Positions 51,690 through 61,830 of a DNA stretch of 64,000 nt are shown here, piece after piece. The notes beneath the pieces are model-generated. The model saw only the letters and a program-made list of their open reading frames with translations, did no database searches and had not been told where the DNA came from. Where the stretch lies: NCBI RefSeq assembly GCF_009834535.1, contig NC_045696.1:1426001-1490000 (forward strand), given 5' to 3'. This DNA comes from Camelus ferus. Lineage: Eukaryota. Each line of letters starts with the position of its first letter. The first letter of the stretch is position 1. A program made the position numbers and the translations under genes.

Positions 51690-52309
51690 CACGTCGGTCT
51701 CCAAAGACCCAACGCCCTGCCCGAAGCGGCAAGTCCCCGCGGCGTCATTCGGACAGCACACGGGCAGGACGCAGCTGGAGCCCTGCTCTGCAGAATCCAT
51801 TCCAAGAAATGGTCAGCAGGAGGGTCTGTGAGGGCCGGACACAGTCCCCCAAGACACGCCACTCGGGGGGCTGGGGTTACGGTGAGCTGGAGGCAAACAG
51901 AATCAGCAGGGGCAGAAAGAAGCCTTCCCAGAGCTTCCCTTATCCGACCAAAAACAGAAAGTCCTGAGACGAGGACTGTCACGAATCCCCCCGTCTGAGG
52001 ACACCACGTGGCCGTGAGGACCCCAGGGTCGGTGCCAGGCGGACCTGCGCACACCAGCCTGCCCCCAGGCACCCACTCCCAAGGGTGCCCCCGGAGCCTC
52101 AGCATCGCTGCTCCTCGCTGAGACGCTGCAGAGGCCCCAGTCCCAACCTCGCCTCGAGTGGCTCCTCGCTGAGGTTTCCCCCACGGACGGGACCTGCGTG
52201 TGTTAGTTACTAAACTGTTTTTCTCTTGTTCATCTGTCTTCGGTTAGTCTAATTTACAGGGTCCTAGCCAAGAACCCAGGAAGGTGGAGGAAAAAGGTTC
52301 CCCTCTGCA
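51690..52309 (+). mobile_element. ERV1 LTR relic (MER34/MER39-like); left boundary uncertain
   Basis: The 3' end tttttctcttgttcatctgtcttcggttagtctaatttacagggtcctagccaagaacccaggaaggtggaggaaaaaggttcccctctgca resembles U5 ends of this group. Confidence 0.6.
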
Positions 52310-53177
52310 GTTTCAATGCACAAAGAATGTCAAGGAGACGTGGATAATCCCCCCAGTGGAAAAAGAATAAGTAGTAACTTAAAACTCTAACGGTTGTTTC
52401 CAAACTGCAGGTGGAAATTATACTAAACACCTGAAAGCTGCTTAAAACAGCTCTGCCCTAGAGGGCCGGAGAGCTGCCCGCAGGGCTGCGACACTGTTAC
52501 TTCCAGCCACTCGCATCCGCGGCATTTAGGTGGTGGTGTGTCTGCGTAGGGAGTGGGGGGCCGCCCCCCACCTCCAGGACCAGCCCAGGCAGGAAGCCCT
52601 CAGAGCATCACTGTGTCAGAGCGGCATGAAGACAAAAGAGGGTGCAACCGGAAAGTCCAACGTGAGGGAAGTGCAGCCAGAAAAAGGAGCCCCGCGATGG
52701 GAAGGAAAAGGGGGCGGGGCTGCCGGGCAGCACGGCCTGTGTTCACACCTGACCGTGACAAGGAAGCGCCACGAGGCAATCGTGGAGCTGTGGGCTTCTT
52801 CCACTTCGTGCATCTGAAATGCAGAGTCACCACTGACGCGTTCGGGTGTGAAAACGGCCTCACAGGCATGTTTCTGACTTTTTTCTATGAGCCCCCAGAG
52901 AGGCATACTAAAGAATTCCTGAGGAAAATGCTTCAAAATAACCCAGTATCAAGATAATGATGATAACAAGCCAGTGCTGTGCATGCTGAAGGCGGCGGTG
53001 GGCACAGGGGGTTTCCTGACACCGCCTTTCTGTCCAGAGCACCTTCAGAATCTCCCACTGTTGGAAAACTCCCTTCCAAGTGTCCAGGCTAACCTGGCAT
53101 CGGCCCTGCCATGCCCGGGAGGATGCGGCGGTGGGCTGGCGCCAGCCCCACACCCGTCCGGGCCGCATGCCGCTCAC

Positions 53178-53286
53178 CTCTCCTGGTGGAGGCCCTGCTC
53201 CTCACGTCCTCGTCCAGCTTCTGCACCAGGGCACCGGGGTCTATCGTGGTCCCAGCGAAGACACTGGCGCTCGGGAAAGCCCACTC
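53178..53286 (-). CDS. SLX9: SLX9 coding exon 2: EWAFPSASVFAGTTIDPGALVQKLDEDVRSRASTRR(G)
   Basis: Acceptor tttctctctgtcctccccag; donor AG|gtgagc; 109 nt, phase 0-1; matches recalled human DWAFINTNIFARTKIDPSALVQKL. Confidence 0.96.
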
Positions 53287-54049
53287 CTGGGGAGGACAGA
53301 GAGAAACTGAGGCTCGCTCCGTGGCTTCAGAGACCCCCCAGTGAGGGCGGGACCCGGAGAGGAGCTCAGACCGCAGCGCCCTCAGGCTGCTCACCACGCG
53401 GGCCCCGCTGAGGGTTCGACCTGAGCCCAGATCAGGATCAGGAATGATCCTAAGCCAGCCTCAATATCAGGAGCTCTTGTGGGAGGGACCAGCTCTCCCT
53501 CCTGCCCTACGTCTTCTTTCTCCTCCTCCCACTGCACAACCCGTGTTCCATCTCAGCAATCTCTCTCCAGGCCTGTTTCCTACCCGCACTCACCCCCACG
53601 CCAAGATTTCAGAACCCTCCACGTCCCCCTGCCCGCCACACCGTGATCACCCAAAACCTGCCTGAGGCCCAGCTGGCTCATTCAGGTCCAAGCTCCAGGA
53701 CAGGGGCCCCAGAAGGGGAGTCACGGACAGAGACAGGGCTGGGGTGCGGCCGAGCAGGAGCCAGCCTGGCCTGCAGCCCCGAGTGCCTAATGGAGAAGCC
53801 CCGGCTGGAGCGGAGCCCTCAGGATGGGGAGAGGCAGTCAGTGAACAAGACACCAGAGATCTGACAGAGAAGCAGAGCGCGAGCCAGGCAGGAGCCAGGG
53901 TGGCAGCCAGGGAGGGGCAGAGCAGGCCACCTGAGCCAAGGCCCCGGCAAGGAGGAGCCACGGGAGATAAGGGGCCACGTGGACGTGGTCACACAGATCT
54001 GTGAGTGCACAGCCACCTCCACTGTCACCTGGACATTCGCCACTTAACA

Positions 54050-56440
54050 GAAAAGGTGCTGATGCTACAGTGTCTGAAGGTCTTTCAACAACAAAGTAGG
54101 ACCCTCGCCAAGAAACAGAAAACAAGAGCTGGGCGCCAGGAGCTGCTTCGGGCAGGGGGACATACTGGACTTGGCAGCAGTTCCACAGCAGCCACTGTAA
54201 ACGCGGCCCCAGGAGACAGTGCCTGAACAACAACAGGAAAGGACGAGGACAGCGTCTCATTAGACAGAACATCTGCAACAGGACAGAGTTACTTAAAAGT
54301 GAAATAAAGTTCTGGAGTAAAAAGTGCAGTAATCACAATGAAAAATGTCACTAGAGAGACTCAAAAGTAGGTCTGAGCTGGCAGAGGAAAGAACCAGTGC
54401 ATCTGAAGAAAGGTGAATAGAAACTGCACCCCCGGAAGACAAGGGGAAAGCACAGAGCCTTGGACAGAGGGGGACCGCCTTACAGAATGCCTGGCAGAGG
54501 AACAAACCAAGCCTGAGGGCACCACGCAGCACACTAGCCAACAGACCGCACGAGTACCCGGAGGAGGAGGGACAGAAAGAGGCAGGAAACACATCCAAGG
54601 ACGTTATGGCCGAACACCTATCAAATGTGATGGAAAACACTAACCTACACATGCAAACTCAATGAACGTCTAGCAGGATAAACAAACTCGAAACAGAATA
54701 AACACAAAGGGATCTACATCAAGACACATCACAGTCAAAATGTGTAAAAGCAAAGAGAAAATCATGAAAGCAGCAAAGACGACGCATCGCACACAGGGAG
54801 CCCCGTGAAGATTAACAGCCGACTTCTCGTCAGAGACAGCGGAGGCCAGAGGGCAATGGGACTACGTAGACAGCGTGTGAGAAGACTGATGTCAACCGAG
54901 AATCTTACATCCAGCAATAAAGACAGTACCAGATAAACCAAAGCTGAGAGAATCTGCTTCTACAGACCTGCCTTTTAAGAAATACCAATGAAGTTCTTTT
55001 AGGCTGAAAGCAAATGATACCAGGTAGTAATTCAAATTCACAAAAAAAAACAAAACAAGAGGTCTGGAACAGGTAAACATGCAACAAGTTATGAAAAAAT
55101 AATTATGACAACTTAAGGTTAGTTTGTAACATATTTAGAGGCAACTTGCATAACAACAATAGCACAAGGAGGAGATGAGAGGGAAAGGAGTTAAAGACCA
55201 GTGAAGAGTCTGTCACTGGAATTCAGATGTAGACACTGGTGTGTATCACAACGCCTACATCAACCACTAACGGGCGTCCACTGACAGCTTCTCTCCATGA
55301 CCAAAATCAGCTCAAACTTCCTTAAGCATTTCAACTAAACCCTGACTTTTCAAACCACCAAAAGCACAAGCAACAAGAGAAAACAAAATTAGATCTCATC
55401 AACATTAAAAACTTTGTATTTCCAAGGACAATATCAAGAAAGTAAAAAGACAACCCACAGAATTTGAAAAAATATTTGCAATAGAGCACATGCCTGGCAT
55501 GCACAAGGTCCTGGGTTCAATCCCCAGTACCTCCTCCAAAATGTAAATAAATAAATAAACCTAATTACCTCCCTCCCCCTGCCAAAAAAAAAAAAAAAAG
55601 TTTAAAAATTACAATAAGAAAAGAAAAGAAAAGGGGCAAAGGACTTGAATAGACATTTCTCCAAAGAAGATACACAAATAGCCAACAAGCCTGTGAAAAT
55701 AATATTCAACATTGTTCATTAGCCCTTTAGGGAAATGCAGATTAAAACAGTGAACTGCCACCTCACATCCACTAGGATGACTACAATCAAAAAGACAGAC
55801 AACAACAAGTGTTGGCAAAGATGTGGAGAAAATGCAGCCCTCACATTGCCAGTGGAAATGTAAAATGATGTGGCCACTGCAGAAAATAATTTGGCAACTC
55901 CTCAAAAGTTAAGTACAGAGCGCCATACATCCCAGCAATTCTGCTCCACGCATTAACAGTAGATTCACACACAGCAGTATTATTGTGGCAGCCAAGAGTC
56001 AGAGACAGCCTAACTATCCATCAACTTACGAATGGATAAACAAGATGTGATGTGGTCCGGTTTACCCATACAATGGAGCACTTTTCAGCCATAAAAAGAG
56101 TAAGGACAACAGAGAAACGAAAACTACAAAAATAACGTTCCAAGGATGAACCTCGGAAACTCAGTGAAAGAACGAAAGACGTACTGAGCTTACTCCACTT
56201 ATGCGAATTGCCCACAAGGGGCAAACAGACAGAGACAGAAAGCAGATTCACGGATGCCAAAATGACTGAGGATGAGTATGGGGGTTCCTTCCGGGATGAT
56301 GAAAATGTTCCAGTTTATAGCGATGACTGCATAAATCTGTAAACACACTACAACAAAACGAAACAAAACAAAAAACCATTGAATCGTGCACTTTAGTGAG
56401 TAGATTTTATGACATGAATTGTATCTCAATAAAGATTTTA
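54050..56440 (+). mobile_element. Old L1 relics (ORF1 region ~54280-55030; ORF2 end and 3'UTR ~55340-56440)
   Basis: atcacaatgaaaaatgtcactagagagactcaaaag; agattaacagccgacttctcgtcagagac; gggcaaaggacttgaatagacatttctccaaagaagatacacaaatagccaacaag; gaattgtatctcaataaa. Confidence 0.85.
55481..55600 (+). mobile_element. Vic-1-type camelid tRNA-Ala-derived SINE, 5' end missing
   Basis: gcatgcacaaggtcctgggttcaatccccagtacctcc (B box), (taaa)n, cctaattacctccc and an A-tail; homologous to 57012-57132. Confidence 0.85.
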
Positions 56441-56444
56441 CGAA

Positions 56445-56600
56445 GGCTGGTGCCAGACCCTGGATTCAAACATCAGCTACCCCAGCAGCAGCTGAGCAAC
56501 CTGAGTAATTGATTTAAACTCTTATTTTTCACCCTGCAAAATGATGGTTGGGAAGTTATAAAGATGTAAAGTGCCCGCCACACAGCAAGGGATTAACGCA
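56445..56600 (+). mobile_element. MIR SINE fragment
   Basis: ctggtgccagaccctggattcaaacatcagct...ttttcaccctgcaaaatg...tgtaaagtgcc. Confidence 0.55.
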
Positions 56601-56779
56601 CACGGCTGTTCTCTTTAGCATTACTGACCCAAAGCCGTGGTCCCCACAAACCGACAAGGTCTTGTCTGCTGCCAGCGTGCTAGCACCCCGGTTGGACACC
56701 AGTAAATGCTTCCAGGCAGCTCTAGAGTCAGCACCTGCATAAACAAAACGCGCTCTAACCTCATCGTGGAACATTATTC

Positions 56780-56992
56780 CACATAAAAGGTACATCATAC
56801 AACCTGGATGAACGTTCAAAACCCTAGGCTAAGACTAGGAACCAAACGCAAAGGCAAAGGCCACAACCTGTATGACTCCATCCAGATGAAACGCACAGAA
56901 CAGAGGCAGAAAGATTAGTGGTCCCTTAGAGCTGGGGGGAGGGGGGGAGACCGGGGCTGGGATGGGTGCTGACTGCTACAGGGTACTGGGTC
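56780..56992 (+). mobile_element. L1MB-like 3' fragment
   Basis: acaacctggatgaacgttcaaa...tgtatgactccatccagatgaaa...agattagtggtccc...gactgctacagggtactggg. Confidence 0.6.
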
Positions 56993-57011
56993 TCCTAGTT
57001 TACTTCGACTT

Positions 57012-57132
57012 GGGGGGGGGGCGTAATTAAGTTTAGTTATCTACTTTTTTTTTCCTTGGAGGTACCGGGGATTGAACCCAGCACCTTGTGCATGCTAGGT
57101 ATGCACACTACCACTGAGCTATACCCTCCCCC
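57012..57132 (-). mobile_element. Full-length Vic-1-type tRNA-Ala-derived SINE
   Basis: Minus strand reads GGGGGAGGGTATAGCTCAGTGGTAGTGTGCATACCTAGCATGCACAAGGTGCTGGGTTCAATCCCCGGTACCTCC, with A and B boxes. Imperfect TSD tcctagtttacttcgactt (56993-57011) / tcctagtttgcttcactt (57134-57151). Confidence 0.9.
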
Positions 57133-57224
57133 TTCCTAGTTTGCTTCACTTTTTCGTTAATCTTGGGAATCCCCTTTCCTTTCCTGGGAGCTCAGCTACG
57201 AGATAAAGGAATTTTTACCACATT

Positions 57225-57910
57225 CGCGCAGCGTTTCTACACGCGGTGGCGAGAGGTTTCTGGCTCTCCCTCGCACAGCTCCAGACGCGGAGCAAGCCAG
57301 CCCCTCCTGGGCCGCCGCGCACGCGAGCCGAGCCTCGCTCGGGGTCCACGGAGGCCGGGACACCTCGCGGACCGAGAAGGCCCGAGGGCGGTCCCGGGGT
57401 CGCGGGGACCCGGGGGTGGGCGCGGGGGCGCCCACAGAGCACGCGGGGCCCGAGCGGGCCCGGGACCCCCGAGGCCGCACGGCGCGGAGCCCCCACCCCG
57501 GCCCGCACCCCCGCCCCAGTCCCACCGCCCGCGGTGTCCCGTTTACCTTCCCTCCGACCCCGCCAGCCGAAGCCTGCGGAGGGGCCGCCTCCCGGGCCGG
57601 GGGCGCGGGGCCGGGCGCGGCCTCCCTCGTGAGCCTCACGGCAGCCTGGTGCACCCGGGCCCGCAAGCTCCTCACTTTGCCCATGTTCGCAGCTGAGACC
57701 CACAGCGGACCGGAAACCGGGGGGGCACACGCGGCGCAGCCTGCCGGAAGCTGGTCCTACGCTCCCGCGGCCCGGCGGAAACAGGAGCCACCACGGCGAG
57801 GAGCCGCGCGCCTGTCCGCGCCGGCCGCGCAGGCGCAAGGGAGGCGAGGGGGCGTGGCCGCAGGGGCGGGGCCGTTCTCCTGGCCTCGCCCCACCTCCTG
57901 GGGCAGGTGT
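57225..57910 (-). promoter_or_regulatory. SLX9 CpG-island promoter
   Basis: Very CpG-dense around exon 1; ETS/GABP-like CGGAA at ~57711, ~57745, ~57776; NRF1-like GCGCAGGCGCA 57827-57837; GC boxes ~57849 and ~57863; no TATA seen. Confidence 0.85.
57547..57684 (-). CDS. SLX9: SLX9 coding exon 1: MGKVRSLRARVHQAAVRLTREAAPGPAPPAREAAPPQASAGGVGGK
   Basis: ATG in strong Kozak context (AACATGG); donor AAG|gtaaac; 138 nt, phase 0; N-terminus matches FAM207A. Confidence 0.97.
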
Positions 57911-58124
57911 GGCTAACCGCTGGAATCAATGCAACCTCTTTGAGATCCGGGGAATGATAAATACAGCGCTGGAGAGGACCAAGCATGTTGAAATACATGA
58001 ATGTGTTTGCTTGTGCCTGTCAGAAATGCCCTGGGGGAGGAAACGAATCAGAGGACTGAGGGCTGGAGGCCTGCACTGTATGAGGGTTTGGTAGTGACTT
58101 TTAAGATGTGACATCGTAGGCACC

Positions 58125-59250
58125 ACCAAATTGAAGTTTTCTGCTCTACAAAAGACAATGACAAGAGAATGAAAAGACAAGCCACGGGCTGAAAGAAAAT
58201 ATTTGCATGAGAAATATCTGATAAAGGACTGCTATCCAAAACATACAAACAACAAAACAATAAGAAAACAAACAACCCTATTAAAAATGGTCCAGACACC
58301 TCACCAAAGAAGAGATATAGATGGCAAATAAGTATATGAAAAGATGCTGCACATCAGATGTCATCAGGGAAATGAAAATTCAAACAATGAGTTACCACTA
58401 TACACCTATTTAGAATGGCCAAAATCCAGACACTGACATCACCAAATGCTGACAAAGATATGGAGCAATGGGAACTCTCATTCATTGCTGGTGGAATGGA
58501 AAACAGTACAGCCACATTGGAAGATGGTTTGGTGGTTTCTAATAAAATGAAACATACTCTTGCCATACAATCCAGCAATCACATTCCTAATGCTTACTCA
58601 AGAGAGTTGAAAACATGTCCACACAAAGGTCTGAACAGGGATGCCTATAGGAGCTTTATTCCTAATTGCCCGAATTTGTAAGAAACTAAGATGTCCTTCA
58701 ATAAGTGAATGAAAAAATAGACTGTGGTCCATCCAGACAATGGACTATTACTCAGAAGTAAAAAGAAATGAGCTATCACACCATGAAAAGACATGGAAGA
58801 ACCTTAAGTGTGTGTACTAAGTAAAAGAAGTCAATCTGAGAAGGGTCCATTCTGTATGATTCCAACTATATGACATTCTAGAAAATGCAAAACTATGAAG
58901 ACAGTAAAAAGATCAGTGGTTGCCAGGGGTTAGGGAGGGATATATAGGTGGAGCACGGAGTATTTTTAGGGCAAACTATTCTGAATGATTCCATTGTGGT
59001 GGATACACATCATTATAAATTTGTCTAAACCCATAGAACATACAACACCAACTACAGTCTCTGGGTTATTACAATGTGGCAATGCAGGGTCATTGATTAT
59101 AACAAATGTACCACCTGGTGGGGGATATTGATGATGAGGGCTGTGCATGGGGGTGGGGGGCAGGGGGATGTGGGAACTCTCTCTACTTCACACTTAATTG
59201 TTCAGTAAACCAGAAACTGCTCTAAACAATAAAGTCTATTTTTAAAATGC
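58125..59250 (+). mobile_element. Old L1 (L1MC-like) ORF2 end and 3'UTR
   Basis: aagttttctgctctacaaaagacaatgacaagagaatgaaaagacaagccac...catccagacaatggactattactcag...ctctaaacaataaagtctatt. Confidence 0.85.
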
Positions 59251-59257
59251 AGGGGGA

Positions 59258-59700
59258 AATTGCCATTTGCAGCAACATAGATGGACCTGGAGAATGTCAT
59301 TCTAAGTGAAGTAGCCAGAAAAAGTAAGAAAAATACCATATGATATCACTCATATCCTGGAATTTTTTAAACAGTGACACAAATGAACTTCTTTACAAAA
59401 CAAAAACAGACTCACAGACACAGAAAACAAACATGGTTACCCCGGGGAAAGGGAGTTGGAAGGGATAAATTGGGAGTTCAGGATTTGCAGATACAAACTA
59501 CTATATATAAAATAGATAAACAAGGTCCTACTGTATGGCACAGAGGACTATATTCAATATCTTGTAACCTATAATGAAAAAGAATATGAAAAGGAATATA
59601 CGTGTGTATATGTGTATGTCTGAAACATGATGCTGTACACCAGAAATTGACACATTGTAAACTGACTATGCCTCAATTTAAAAAAGAAAGAAAAAAAGAA
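59258..59700 (+). mobile_element. Young LINE-1 3' fragment with A-rich tail
   Basis: tgccatttgcagcaacatagatggacctggagaatgtcattctaagtgaag...; same subfamily-type 3'UTR as 11922-12505. Confidence 0.9.
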
Positions 59701-61399
59701 AGGCATGGCAAAAAGCCAGTCTTTCTCTCTCCCCCGCCCCCGGTGCCTTTTCCATGCAGAACAGTTTTATGTATGAAAATACATTTTTCACTGATCCTTC
59801 TTTTCATTGATCCACTTGATTGTGACCATTCAGTGTCACACATTGCGCTGAAACTCATTTATTCACATGGTAACATAGCTTGGGGTTCACCCCCTCGCTC
59901 CTCAAGCTAATGAATTTGCCTACATTCCCTTCCAGCACTTGTCTAGATGTCAAAAACTGTAGGGAGGCAGGCAGGGCCCGGCCCCAGTGAGGAAGCTGTG
60001 CAACCCTACTGAATATTACCCGTGCAGCCCAGGCTGGGGCAGGGCAGCCCCGGAAACCGGCAGCATCCCCTGTGCAGCAGCCATGGTTGTCCACTGCTTC
60101 TTGGCCAAAGGCAGCTGCAGCCTCACCTCTGCACTCTGCCTCTTAGATACGAGTTATCAAGACACAAGGACATAAAAACATCCCTGCTTCCTGGCAATTG
60201 AAAGCACCCTCACTTCTTCAGACTGTCCCAACACCTAACCCCAGCTGCAATCTGGCAGGGAGCCCCTCTGGCTCCCCCCAGGATGCCCGCGGCACCCTGC
60301 TGGCTGGTGTCCCCTTGGCAGCTTCCTTCTTGAGCTGATTACAGGTCTGTCCCAGGTGGCCTCTGGCTCAGCTGGGCACAGCCGACCTGTTCAGTTCCAG
60401 AATGTCCAACTGCCTATGAGGTCATTTGTAGACGACAAAATCTCCTCAGAGACCTCAAGCCAGAACTTACAGGGATGACTTCACGGCACAGATCCAGGCA
60501 GGAGACAGAAGGAAATGCCCCTGGGAGAAACCCTGGAAGCCAGTTCTCAGACGTGGCACCCCCACTGTGTCTGAGTGGCCGGACTGTCACCGCCTGTCAG
60601 GGGCCAGGTGGGTGTCGGAGCAGCGCCTGCCACCAGGATGGTCGACAAGAAAGTGCACTTCCTTCAGTTAGAACTTCTTGCCCAGACATGGGCAAGACTA
60701 GCAGAACTTCTGGGGAGACTTTCTGGAGTGTGGGGAGGGCTGAGCCCACCACCCAGTCATGCCCCCTCCCCCCCCCGCTGGTGGCACCTACAACTTCTCT
60801 AAGTGGGGGTCATGAGATGCTCTCTGATTCCACAGCTGTGCGGAGACCTCCGGAGAATGCAGAGGCAGTGACTGCCCGGTGAATGTCACGGCAGGGTGTG
60901 CGCAGGCACAGAGCTAACTCAGCTGGCGTCCGGGGTGCAGAGACACTAGGGAACTTTCCAGAAGCAGCTCTGTTCTAAAGGTGTCGGCATCACTGAAGTG
61001 ATCCTCAACACACTTGTATCCTCTGCATCCAACCAGCCTCATTTCCTGAGCCGTCTGCAGCAGGGAGACCCCCAGCTTTCCCTGGCCCTGGGGAACTGCT
61101 GCCTCGCCTGACCCCTAAGTGATGTCAGCATGTGGTGGGCTCCAGAGGCCTGCAGGGCAGCCTCCATTTCAGGCTTTGCTTTTTGCCTCTTCCATGCAGC
61201 CCATATTTTCTCAATAAAAGGAAAAGAATGTCCAGCTGCTGCAAAATGGATGTTACAAGACTTTTTAAATCCTGGGGCCCCTTCTCTCTCACCCCCCTCG
61301 GTGACCATGCTGCAATCTGGCGTTTTCATCGGAAACCCGGATCTCGCTCTGGGTCTCCATCCGAAATTGTAGTGGAAATCTTCAAGTTGGAGTTCTTAG

Positions 61400-61830
61400 T
61401 TCCTGCCCCAATCTGTCCCTACTGCCCCAGCAAGATACTCCTCTCCAGAAGACACCCCCTGGGGCACTGGCACAGCTGCTCAAGCCTGAAGCTGCGGTGT
61501 CATCTTGGCTGGCTCCCCCTGCCCTGCCACATCTAACCCAACAGCCCCCTTATCAATGCTCCCAAGTTCCACCCTCAGGGGGCTCCTGCCCTGGCCTCCT
61601 CACTGGAGTCCCTTGCCCTCTCCCTCCACCCTCGACCAGAATGATGTCCCTTCTGCTCACAGCACCCCCACCCCACCCGGCTGCACAGGAGCCACAGCCC
61701 CGTTCTTCCCAGGGAAAGGCTACCCCTGGCTTAGGCCTCCACAGGAGGCCCCCCTCCCTCAGCGGCTCTGCCCTTCCCAGGGCTCAGCGCATCTCTTCTG
61801 TCCCTTGTGCAGTCAGTTGGCCTCCCTGCG
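61400..61830 (+). mobile_element. Possible L2 relic
   Basis: Pyrimidine-rich sequence with L2-like motifs (ggcctcctcactggagtccct...ccagaatgatgtcccttctgctcaca). Confidence 0.4.

Larger units (their letters stand above)
28710..57750 (-). other. SLX9: SLX9 (FAM207A/C21orf70) gene span, 6 coding exons, 218 aa; transcript ends approximate
   Basis: Spliced CDS 138+109+69+151+69+121 = 657 nt, all introns GT-AG with matching phases. The protein MGKVRSLRARVHQAAVR...QQMQLDGSQP matches mammalian FAM207A as I recall it. Confidence 0.95.

Noticed and set aside
57057..57132. tRNA-Ala(AGC) gene
   Set aside because: The anticodon and D stems are disrupted, it has a SINE tail and TSD, and a second homologous copy lies at 55481-55600; it is a tRNA-derived SINE
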